DNA of 64,000 nucleotides from Macrostomum lignano (Eukaryota). The DNA lies in the NCBI GenBank assembly GCA_002269645.1, contig NIVC01002397.1, forward strand, positions 1-64,000, read 5' to 3'. The translations under genes and the position numbers were made by a program. Below the pieces are notes generated by a model that was given only the letters and a program-made list of their open reading frames with translations, made no database searches and had not been told where the DNA came from. Below, in pieces: positions 25,906 through 49,106 of the stretch. Numbering within the stretch: position 1 is the stretch's first letter; each line of letters starts with the position of its first letter.

Positions 25906-26164
25906 AATCTATTATCGAATCATCAATAATAATCATTATTCATAATCACACAGTTGTAAAATTAGCAGGCAGTCAGACTAGCATTTAATTGAACTATCTC
26001 GGAAATATAATATCAGTTTTATATTTCAATTTTCATTTTGGATATTTCAGCCTTTTAAAAACCAAAGCTATTAAAGCTACACCATAGCAACATTAGCCAA
26101 GCTGTTGCGGCCCCAGTTAACAGCAAAATTTCTTAGCCGTAGCTTTGTCTCGGCTACTCGGCTG

Positions 26165-29100
26165 ATGACAGCACAGCCATCGCCACCAATAGTGATTGTT
26201 GCTGGGCCTACAGGCGTTGGCAAATCTTTATTAGCTATTGAATTGGCTAAAAAATTCAATGGGGAAGTGCTGAATGCCGACTCTATGCAGCTGTATAGTG
26301 GCTTGGATATTGTTACTAATAAGGTTTGTCATATACTACTGTTGCGTGTGCAATTACTACTGAATATTCATTTACTATTTTTTCGTGAAATACTATTGAA
26401 CTTTGGCTTGTTAACAATCTCCCATGTAGCTTTGGTTTCTTTAGTTTCTTAGAAATCCCTAGATTGAGTCTCGGTTTCTTAGAAATTCCCACGTTTAGTC
26501 TCGGTTTCTTAGAAAATCCCACGTTTAGTCTTGGTTTCTTAGAAATTCCCCACATTGAGTCTTGGTTTCTTAGAAATTCCCCACATTGAGTCTTGGTTTC
26601 TTAGAAATTCCCCACATTGAGTCTTGGTTTCTTAGAAATTCCCAACATTGAGTCTTGGTTTCTTAGAAATTCCCCACATTGAGTCTTGGTTTCTTAGAAA
26701 TTCCCCACATTGAGTCTTGGTTTCTTAGAAATTCCTCACATTGAGTCTTGGTTTCTTAGAAATTCCTCACATTGAGTCTTGGTTTCTTAGAAATTCCCCA
26801 CATTGAGTCTTGGTTTCTTAGAAATTCCCCACATTGAGTCTTGGTTTCTTAGAAATTCCCCACATTGAGTCTCGGTTTCTTAGAAAATCCCACGTTTAGT
26901 CTTGGTTTCTTAGAAATTCCCCACATTGAGTCTTGGTTTCTTAGAAATTCCCCACATTGAGTCTTGGTTTCTTAGAAATTCCCAACATTGAGTCTTGGTT
27001 TCTTAGAAATTCCCCACATTGAGTCTTGGTTTCTTAGAAATTCCCCACATTGAGTCTTGGTTTCTTAGAAATTCCCCATATTGAGTCTTGGTTTCTTAAA
27101 AAAATCCTAGATTAGATTTGGTTTCTTAGAAATTTCCCACATTGAAATTCCAGAAATTCCCGCAACTTCCACATTGAGTATTGGTTTCTTAATAGCCCCG
27201 CTTGTACAGTAGCTTAGACTTCTGTATCGACCTAAAATAGTTTAATTTTGCCTTTTCCACTTTGAATTCACAGGTTACATCGGAAGAGCTGTCCCAAGCG
27301 CCTCATCATTTAATTGGTTGTTTATCGCCCCTAACAACAGACAGCACTGTTGGCGCCTATAGACAGCTTGCTCAGCCTCTGTTAGATCGTTTGCTCAAGG
27401 AGAATCGCCTGCCAATAATTTGCGGCGGCACCTGTTACTATATAGAAGCATTGCTTTGGAATATTCTCCTAGAAGACGGAGGCAATTTTACTAATGACGT
27501 TGATGATATTGAGTCTGAATTGAGGTAATATTTTATTTATTGCTAACGACTGTTTAAACTTATTGAGATGACACATTTTAGTGACCGAGTGATGCATTGA
27601 CACTTAAGGTGAATAGGGTGATACTTTGTAGTGACACTTTGAAGTGACCGTGAGTGACAAGTTATAGTGACGTGAGGGTGACAATTCAAAAAGACGTGAG
27701 TGACATTTCAAAGAGACATGAGTGACACCCCAAAGTGACGTGAGTGACACTTCAAAGTGACGTGAGTGACACTCCAAATAGACGTGAGTGACACTTCGAA
27801 GTGACGGAGTGACACTAGATTGATTCAGTGGCAACTTCACAACTGAAAACTTAAACATGAGCAAATTTCTGCCAACAAATCAATCCATTTTTAGGGACGA
27901 TCCTGCTCAAAAATCCGATCCCCAGGAGTTGCACAATCGGCTGAGAGCTGTGGATCCCGAAGCTGCAATTCGGTTGCATCCCAACGATCGACGCAAAGTA
28001 GCTCGAGCTCTGCAGGTGAATCTGCGTCGTGGCGACGGGGCTTATAGCTCTATGCTTCGGGAGCAGCACCGGGTGAGTTGGACAGCAAATAGAATGAAAT
28101 CTAATAGGTTGTTGCTTGAGAGTGACAGAGTGACGGGGTGACAGTTCAGAGTGATAGTTTGACAGTTTAGAGTGACAGTGTGACAGTTTAGAGTGACACG
28201 GTGACAGTTAAGAGTGACAGGGTGACTGTTTATAGTGACAGTGTGACGGTTTAGAGTAACACGGTGACAGTTAAAAGTGACAGGGTGACTGTTTATACTG
28301 ACAGGGTGACAGTTTAGTGATAGAGTGACACTTTAGAGTGACAGGGTGACAGTTTATAATGACAGGGTGACACTTTAGAGTGACGGTGTGACAGTTTAGA
28401 GTGACGGTGTGACAGTTTAGATTGACGGTGTGACAGTTTAGAGTGACAGGGTGACAGTTTAGATTAACGGTGTGACACTTTAGAGTGACAGGGTAGCAGT
28501 TTAAAGTGACAATAGAGTGACAGGGTAGCAGTTTAAAGTGACAATAGAGTGACAAGGTAGCAGTTTAAAGTGACAATCGAGTGACAGGGTAGCAGTTTCA
28601 AGTGACAATAGAGTGACAGGGTAGCAGTTTCAAGTGACAATAGAGTGACAGGGTAGCAGTTTCAAGTGATTAGAATGATTATTTTTGAACAATATTCATT
28701 ATCGCCATTTAACTGATAGCAGACGTTATTAACTGTTAGTAATCGGCCTAGCTAATGATTGACTCGTTTCAATCTTTAATTGAAACCCATCATCATCGCC
28801 ATCATTTCCACCAGCTGGGCGATCATTTCTCTGGCCCGTTGCGCTATCCGCCTGACCGCCTGGCCATTCTGTGGCTCGCCTGCCGCCGCGACCATCTAGA
28901 ACGCCGTCTAGACTGTCGGGTTGATAAAATGATCCAATCGGGCCTGTTAGCGGAGCTGGAAGCATTCCACTCGGAGTTCAATGCTAGTAGAGTCGGTGCA
29001 GGCGCTAGTAAAGACTATACTAGAGGCATATTTCAGAGCATCGGATTTAAGGAGTTTCATTCTTACCTGCTAATGTCGCCAGAGCAGCGCGATAGCGCCG

Positions 29101-29696
29101 AAGGCCAATTAGCTCTCAAATCTGGTATTGAACTGATGAAACAGCGCACTAAACGATACGCAGTGCAACAGGAGAAATGGTTGCGCAACAGATTCCTGCG
29201 TCATTCCGACGATAATTACGCGCCAGTGTATCTGTTGAATGCCGATAGTTTAGTTGAATCGGACTGGACTACCGGAGTACGTCAGCCCGCCTTTGAAATT
29301 GTTGAAGCTCTGCTAAAATCAGATCAAAATATTCTACTCAAGCATTCGACTCGATTAGCAACAGAACCGCGCGGGCTAGTGGGTTCTTCAAGTAGCCTTG
29401 ATGACAGTGAATCCGATAGTGTAAGGATTGGTAGAAGCTTAGAGCTGCGTTGCGACCACTGCGGCGTCACTTTTGCTCAACGGGATCAGTACAAGGAGCA
29501 TATGAGCAGTAGGAGACACGCCAAACGGATGGCCGGTTTAAGAAGATTGGCCGCTAGAATTGCTGCTGGTCATTCCGACCCGAATGCCGTTGTGGTTATC
29601 GACCGGAATGCTGAGGCTGCTGATGGTAGCGAAGAATCAGCAGTTGACAATAATAATGACTCAGGGCGTTCTTCTTCGCGGGCTGTTACTGGATGA
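26165..29696 (+). CDS. TRIT1: tRNA dimethylallyltransferase (IPP transferase, MOD5/MiaA family) with C-terminal C2H2 (matrin/U1-type) zinc finger, about 489 aa in 4 exons
   Basis: Exons 26165-26323, 27274-27524, 27895-28072, 28815-29696 (phases 0,2,0). P-loop GPTGVGKS; [16 protein letters not shown]; PHHL; GGTCYY; [13 protein letters not shown]; QSIGFKEF; [11 protein letters not shown]; zinc finger CDHC...HMSSRRH. Confidence 0.95.
26440..27140. repeat. 32-bp minisatellite (ttgagtcttggtttcttagaaattccccacat), TRIT1 intron 1
   Basis: About 21 near-identical contiguous copies, no spacers. Confidence 0.95.
27630..27815. repeat. Degenerate GTGAC-rich tandem repeat, TRIT1 intron 2
   Basis: About 21-bp units such as gtgagtgacacttcaaagtgac. 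Confidence 0.75.
28120..28668. repeat. 21/30-bp GTGACA minisatellite, TRIT1 intron 3
   Basis: agagtgacagggtgacagttt units switching to gtgacaatagagtgacagggtagcagttt units. Confidence 0.85.
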
Positions 29697-29764
29697 ATAG
29701 TAAATTGACTGACTTTCAAGCATAGTTGAGTTTGTTTTGTCTAATTCATGTTAATCATGTCAAA

Positions 29765-31650
29765 GTTGACCCATCTAGTTCCAAGTGCCAGCTAATTAAG
29801 TTGTTGACCAATTTAGCTCCAAGTGCCAGCTAATTGAGTTGTTGACCCATTTAGCTCCAAGTGCCAGCTAGTTGAGTTGTTGACCCATTTAGCTAATTTT
29901 GTTGTTGACCCATTTAGCTCCAAGTGCCGGCTAGTTGAGTTGTTGACCCATTTAGCTCCAAGTGCCAGCTAGTTGAGTTGTTGACCCATCTAGCTCCAAG
30001 TGCCAGCTAATTGAGTTGTTGACCCATTTGGCTCCAAGTGCCAGCTAGTTGAGTTGTTGACCCATCTAGCTCCAAGTGCCAGCTAGTTGAGTTGTTGACC
30101 CATCTAGCTCCAAGTGCCAGCTAGTTGAGTTGTTGACCCATTTGGCTCCAAGTGCCAGCTAGTTGAGTTGTTGACCCATCTAGCTCCAAGTGCCAGCTAG
30201 TTGAGTTGTTGACCCATCTAGCTCCAAGTGCCAGCTAGTTGAGTTGTTGACCCATCTAGCTCCAAGTGCCAGCTACTTGAGTTGTTGACCCATTTGGCTC
30301 CAAGTGCCAGCTAATTGAGTTGTTGACCCATTTGGCTCCAAGTGCCAGCTAATTGAGTTGTTGACCAATTTAGCTCCAAGTGCCAGCTAGTTGAGTTGTT
30401 GACCCATCTAGCTCCAAAAGCCAGCTAGTTGAGTTGTTGACCCATCTAGCTCCAAGTGCCAGCTAGTTGAGTTGTTGACTCATCTAGCTCCAAGTGCCAG
30501 CTAGTTGAGTTGTTGACCCATTTGGCTAATTTTGTTGTTGACCCATTTAGCTCCAAGTGCCGGCTAGTTGAGTTGTTGACCCATTTAGCTCCAAGTGCCA
30601 GCTAGTTGAGTTGTTGACCCATCTAGCTCCAAGTGCCAGCTAGTTGAGTTGTTGACTCATCTAGCTCCAAGTGCCAGCTAGTTGATTTGTTGACCCATTT
30701 GGCTCCAAGTGCCAGCTAATTGAGTTGTTGACCCATCTAGCTCCAAGTGCCAGCTAATTGAGTTGTTGACCCATTTAGCTCCAAGTGCCAGCTAGTTGAG
30801 TTGTTGACCCATCTAGCTCCAAGTGCCAGCTAGTTGAGTTGTTGACCCATCTAGCTCCAAGTGCCAGCTAGTTGAGTTGTTGACTCATCTAGCTCCAAGT
30901 GCCAGCTAGTTGAGTTGTTGACCCATTTGGCTCCAAGTGCCAGCTAATTGAGTTGTTGACCCATTTGGCTCCAAGTGCCAGCTAATTGAGTTGTTGACCC
31001 ATTTAGCTCCAAGTGCCAGCTAGTTGAGTTGTTGACCCATCTAGCTCCAAGTGCCAGCTAGTTGAGTTGTTGACCCATCTAGCTCCAAGTGCCAGCTAGT
31101 TGAGTTGTTGACTCATCTAGCTCCAAGTGCCAGCTAGTTGAGTTGTTGACCCATTTGGCTCCAAGTGCCAGCTAATTGAGTTGTTGACCCATCTAGCTCC
31201 AAGTTCCAGCTAATTGAGTTGTTGACCCATCTAGCTCCAAGTTCCAGCTAATTGAGTTGTTGTCCCATCTAGCTCCAAGTTCCAGCTAGTTGAGTTGTTG
31301 ACCCATCTAGCTCCAAGTTCCAGCTAATTGAGTTGTTGACCCATCTAGCTCCAAGTTCCAGCTAGTTGAGTTGTTGACCCATCTAGCTCCAAGTTCCAGC
31401 TAATTGAGTTGTTGACCCATCTAGCTCCAAGTTCCAGCTAGTTGAGTTGTTGACCCATCTAGCTCCAAGTTCCAGCTAGTTGAGTTGTTGACCCATTTAG
31501 CTCCAAGTTCCAGCTAGTTGAGTTGTTGACCCATCTAGCTCCAAGGGCCAGCTAATTGAGTTGTTGACTCATCTAGCTCCAAGTTCCAGCTAGTTGAGTT
31601 GTTGACCCGTCTAGCTCCAAGCGCCAGCTAATTAAAGTTGTTGATCCATG
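29765..31650. repeat. 38-bp minisatellite (gttgttgacccatctagctccaagtgccagctagttga) downstream of the TRIT1 stop
   Basis: About 49 contiguous copies; a G>T variant (aagttcc) is confined to the distal part from about 31200. Confidence 0.95.
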
Positions 31651-32009
31651 ATCTTCAATATCGTTGCTCATTCATTACAGGATCGGCCATTCTCACGGCC
31701 ATTTATGTTAGATTAAATATGCATTTTAATTGTTATATTGTTAAATAAAATGACTAACTAAATGAAGTGATTTATTTCACCCTTTCTTAATGTACGTTTG
31801 TCTGCGTTTTTGTCATTTTTAGTTGATTGAATAAAGTTTGAAGAATTTGCCAAAACGTATATCTAGTATCTATCTTATCATTTGTTCATGTTCGACTTAT
31901 TGGTTGGCCAACAAACAACTGGGTTGTTGGCTAAGCAAGCCATCAAAAAATAGTCTGCTGTAAGGGTAGCAGAGAGAGAACCAGAAAGATCAGGCCTAAC
32001 TGCTTAGCC

Positions 32010-44140
<12,131 letters not shown>

Positions 44141-45974
44141 GAACGCATGGTTACTCCATTACTGGTAATATTTGTAAACAGGCTGGTTATTATCGATTTT
44201 GACTTATCTAAACGAGACTTTAGACCAGCAAAAATGAGTTACGCCATTATGTTGCATAGACACCTATCAGACACAAATATTGAACATATTTTAATCCGGA
44301 TTCTGCACGATGAGCATGCGGAGTCTTAGGCTGCTGGTGTAAAGTTTCATTTAGAATGTTAAAATCGATATATTCAACTTTTAGTTGACTTGTGTTTTCC
44401 ATGATATATCAACATTTTTGCTTTTACGTTTTATTAAATCTGGGCTGAAAAAAAACTTAATTAACGGTAGCTGTGTTGTTTGCACCAAGTACTCCTAATC
44501 CCTTTTTATAGCGATTAAGTTAATTTATTAACATTTAATAAATCTTGCTACTCAAGGCTCTGCTACTGCTGCTTCTTGTGTCTTTCTATAAATATCCCCT
44601 AACAGTGCATTGTCTGATCGAACGCTTAATCAAGTCGATGTGACTATATTTTTTTAACATCTGACTCAATATATTTGTCTTTCTTCCGTCTGCTTGTTAT
44701 AATGCTTCTCTCGCACTCGCTCACACACAAACAAAGACACAATTTGTCTTTATTTACTGTTCTTAGACATGGAGCAACAACTTAACCTGACGCTTACAAA
44801 CTTGCGAATAATTTAAAGTGTTTAGTGTTCTGTTACTGGCTACTGAGCTTGTTTATATATTCCATTGTTACCCTGTAATATAAACTAATTATTGTCGGAT
44901 TTGTGTTGCCGTTTGTTTAATTCTTTCTAAACGTCTACTCTGTTGAATGTTTCTATCGACTGTAAAAAAATTTGAAAACAATTGATAAGAAATCAATACA
45001 AAGATGAACTGCGAGCCTATCAATATTTGTTTAATTGACTTGCCTCTATCAAGTAATAATGAACTTCAATATCATTAATTGTCTTTCAGAGTTGATTAAC
45101 TTTAAGAATTGGGATTCCGTCTATTTGAGACTAATTACCACACGAAAGCAGATAGCCCAATGCTTCGTTCCCCCACCCCACCTTGTGACCGGTTGTGGAA
45201 ATCAATAATTTTGCTTCAGTGCGCTAAAATATAGTGCCTGCATCGCCAAAATGAGCGCTGACAACACCGATTCTAAAAATAATGTACATGTAGGCATTTA
45301 GTCATGTACGTGTAAAATATTTGACTTTGTCCCGTCATCATAAAATCTATGGCGACGCCTCGAATAAAACCATGTGTGACTCATCCAGTTAGTCCCAAAA
45401 TCTCAAACCGCTAATTGACAAGCAATTTTGTACTTTCTGACCCAATGTCCAATGCAGCACGAAAGAGGGTTTGCTTCCTGATCTCGGCAGTTTAACTGAT
45501 GACGTACTGATGCAAACAGAAAGTGAGTCGCCGCTGGTGCCTTCCACTGTAAAAAAACTGCTGATTCCAAACACTAACAAAAGAAGACGTTCAGCGAGAG
45601 ATCCATAAGTGGTAGCTCTGATCCTTGCTAGCGACGTCAGGCCGACGCTTCCGAAGTCGCTGACAAATGTACTTTTACATTGCATCGACTGATAACGACG
45701 TCATGCATCGGCTGAACGTCGCGTGAAACGTCACCCGACGTGGCTGACGTCGGATTGCAAAATACAGGAAATCTTTTGAGACAGAGGTATGACGAAAAAC
45801 ACGTCTTACGGGATACAGACGGTGATCCATCTCTAACGGTTTTTATAATAGCTGTTGTTGCCGGGGGATCCGTCGACTGGATAGGCTGTCAAAGCAGAAG
45901 CTGTGGATTGAAGCCAATGTCGACACCGTCTACTTCAATTATTTTTTCTGGCTAAATTGCTATTTTGACGTTTT

Positions 45975-46610
45975 AAACTTCGGGTTGACGGGTACGCACC
46001 TGTGATGGCGCGGCAGAGGCTGCCCTGCAGCTGGTAAAGACGCTCACGGGTGGTCTTCTGCTCCAGCGCGCTAGACCAGATGGGACTCGCGTACGTGATG
46101 CTGGGCCGGATGATGCAGGTATAAATCCAACGGACCGTTCTTGGCGAGAGGCCCCAGGTCGGCCCGATGGCGTTTTCAAGGTGCTTCGTCCAGCGCAGGT
46201 CATGCGTTAGCGTCACACCGAGATATTTGACCTCCTTCTTGAAGGGGATGTTCCTGCCATAGACAGTGAGGTTTTGCATCTCCCACGCACGGCGCTTGGT
46301 GAAGACGACAGCAACGGTCTCACTGGATCATAAAATAAATCCAGCGGACAATGCTGTGTCTCATTCCTGCAGGAAAGGGAGTTTCTGAAGGAGCGGAATA
46401 GAACATTGTCAAAGGCTCCTTCGAAGTCTACAAACATCCCGCAAGCGAGTTGTTTGCTAAGGATGGCACTCTCGAACTTGAAGGTAACGGCATGGAGAGC
46501 GTGCTCAGTCGCGTCTTCCCAGGCTGGAAGGCGTACTGGTACTTACTGACGGGGGCGTAGCACAGGTCGCACTCTCGGAGCCTCCACAGGATGAGCCTCT
46601 CCATCAGCTT
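45975..46610 (-). mobile_element. Internally deleted non-LTR retrotransposon reverse-transcriptase fragment (R1/LOA/I-like)
   Basis: Minus-strand frames read KLMERLILWRL...QYAFQPGK, TEHALHAV...GMFVDFEGAFDNV, then jump to [11 protein letters not shown]...EVKYLGVTL...[27 protein letters not shown]...[16 protein letters not shown]. Frameshifts are present and the YADD core is missing. Confidence 0.85.
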
Positions 46611-46728
46611 AACGTTAGAACTAACTGTGGGTGTGACAGTTTTTTTTAGGTGTAACTAATTTCTGAAAGAGTCTTAGACAATGAAGTCTATAAAACTGAC
46701 GTTAATATATTATCGATCTCTTTCGAAT

Positions 46729-47120
46729 TTAAGTTGTAGCATTCAAAGTACTAAGACTCACAGTGTAGCAGATTTTGTAGATCGAGTTTTTGAAATATCC
46801 ACTGCACAGCTGGGATGACTTACCAGAGCAGGCAGAGCTGCACTGACTCTCGGGAGCGGCTCCGATCGAGCGAGCCGTAGGCGGAACCACAGCTGCAGTA
46901 CCTTCAGGCTTGAGCACCGAAGTAAATGTATAGCGGAACCGACCGTAGGCGCAGATTTGGCTGCTAAGCTCCAGTTAAGTCTGCTTCTAGTATTGCTGTC
47001 TTTGTAGCAACCGACGAAGCGAAATTTCAGAGGTTGTGGGGGTACGATAGCCTCAGTGGTTGTCCACGTCCACAGAAGCAGAAAGCTAGTGATGAGGCTC
47101 TTCAGAAGCATGGTTTTCAT
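46729..47120 (-). pseudogene. Secreted WSC-domain pseudogene
   Basis: Signal peptide MKTMLLKSLITSFLLLWTWTTTEA followed by FVGCYKDSNTR. A second frame gives YIYFGAQA*RYCSCGSAYGS and a third ESQCSSACSGKSSQLCSGYFKNSIY, matching the WSC Cys pattern. In-frame TGA at 46904-46906, 4-bp duplication cgag at 46867-46874, and a second frameshift near 46960. Confidence 0.7.
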
Positions 47121-47282
47121 GCTGATAAAAAAAACTATTGGGGCAGACAAACACCCCTGAATTTCACTTCTTCTTCTGAGTGGAAAGGCAGCTTTTTATC
47201 ACCTTAAACCACCTGTTTCTTTCTATCCTAATGTGAGAATTTTTGTCGAAATAAGCAGACACTTCCAAGCCTTAGTGTATTA

Positions 47283-47637
47283 GAGCAGCTGTGCGGTGGA
47301 GCCTACAAAAATTCAATCTACGAAATCAGCTACCAACCAGGTAAGACAATAGGTGAAATGTGTAACCTGTTTTGTGTGTTTCTCAAATTTTAATTAAGTG
47401 ATTACACAGAGCGGAGCCACTTTTAACTGTGGGGATGTGTACTTTAGAGTCAAAATGGAGCCTGAAGCATTGGGTCCCGATTTCTCTACGCGACTACGGG
47501 AATGCGGCAGGGTCGGCGCCATCAATTGTCGGGAGACAAACCTTCAAAAGGACAGTGGAGCGGCCGGATCGCGATCACTCGTAGCGGACGACGACGCTGA
47601 TCTCGGGGCAGGATGGATATTAGCGATGAGCTGTTGA
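47283..47637 (+). pseudogene. Truncated WSC-family gene remnant (WSC C-terminal end plus downstream exon)
   Basis: EQLCGGAYKNSIYEISYQP, donor gtaag at 47341, 58-nt intron, acceptor at 47398, then in-frame exon VITQSGATFNCGDVYFRVKME to the stop at 47637. No upstream WSC coding found. Confidence 0.5.
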
Positions 47638-48059
47638 AAGTGCCCAGTTTGACTTTCTGTACAGGCCATGACATTCAAAGAAGTCCATCATGTATTACCA
47701 AGTGACAAGACTGTTAAGAAACTCCTCTTTTAAGAAAATAGCATTTAGGCAGTTTGGCTCCTCCAATTGATTTCTTAGATAACACAGATTTACGAAGCGT
47801 TCTTCGCAGGCCACACTGCTCTGATGACTGCACTGACATCTGTCCAAGGACCACTAGGAACACATCGTTACCCTAGTCTAGTAGTCCTTGCATCTGTTAT
47901 GTTCGGAGAATAATCTTAATCCAAAAATCAATCGTCCGAGGAATTTGATGAGATCGGTCGTCGTTTTAGACTCCACAACGAATCGTAAAAAATCTGCTTA
48001 TAGAGCTAAGATATTTGATTCAATATAATGTATTTTTCAACCGTGCAGTCTTTATCGCG

Positions 48060-48668
48060 AGACATTTAAATATAGACAGACATTTAAATATAGACAGACA
48101 TTTAAATATAGACAGACATTTAAATATAGACAGACATTTAAATATAGACAGACATTTAAATATAGACAGACATTTAAATATAGACAGACATTTAAATATA
48201 GACAGACATTTTAAATATAGACAGACATTTAAATATAGACAGACATTTAAATATAGACAGACATTTAAATATAGACAGACATTTAAATATAGACAGACAT
48301 TTAAATATAGACAGACATTTAAATATAGACAGACATTTAAATATAGACAGACATTTAAATATAGACAGACATTTAAATATAGACAGACATTTAAATATAG
48401 ACAGACATTTAAATATAGACAGACATTTAAATATAGACAGACATTTAAATATAGACAGACATTTAAATATAGACAGACATTTAAATATAGACAGACATTT
48501 AAATATAGACAGACATTTAAATATAGACAGACATTTAAATATAGACAGACATTTAAATATAGACAGACATTTAAATATAGACAGACATTTAAATATAGAC
48601 AGACATTTAAATATAGACAGACATTTAAATATAGACAGACATTTAAATATAGACAGACATTTAAATAT
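48060..48668. repeat. Near-perfect 18-bp tandem repeat (agacagacatttaaatat)
   Basis: About 34 copies; only one visible variant (extra T near 48211). Confidence 0.97.
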
Positions 48669-49106
48669 CGAGTCGTGGTAAAAAATCGATTCACTCTAAT
48701 CTATCATGTACTGTACGAGCGTTTAGTGTACGTAATATATAGTACGTAGTACCAAATATATAGACGATTTCAGTAACAATCAGACGAATATAGATCAATA
48801 GCTGCACTAAGAAGCCAAAATATTACAAGTCCGAAGTATCAATTCTGAATACCCCGGTTCCAATGAGTGTCCTGTGTTCATGTATATATTCATATGACAA
48901 TGAACAAAACAATATAAAATATGGCTAAGCTGCTATAGACAGCACAAAAAAATCTGGAAATTGGGAATTTACGAGCGTTTGTATAAATAATAGGCGTGAT
49001 GATTTTTTGTATAGCAAACCTTTAATCAGTAGTGTAAGTGTGGATTATCTATAATTTTTAAGTTGAGTTTGTTTACTGGCGATAGTTAAAAACAATTTCA
49101 ATTTGG

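Noticed and set aside
26440-27140. CRISPR-like array (32-bp units; likewise the 38-bp array at 29765-31650 and the 22-bp array at 58200-59590)
   Set aside because: Units are contiguous with no unique spacers, the context is eukaryotic intronic or intergenic, and there are no cas genes.
45389-45930. Minus-strand lectin-like (F-type/F5-8C) gene fragment
   Set aside because: Only vague resemblance (AYPVDG, HWTLGQKV) across stops; insufficient support.
46904-46906. Selenocysteine TGA in the WSC gene
   Set aside because: The position does not align with a WSC Cys, flanking frameshifts indicate decay, and no SECIS was identified.
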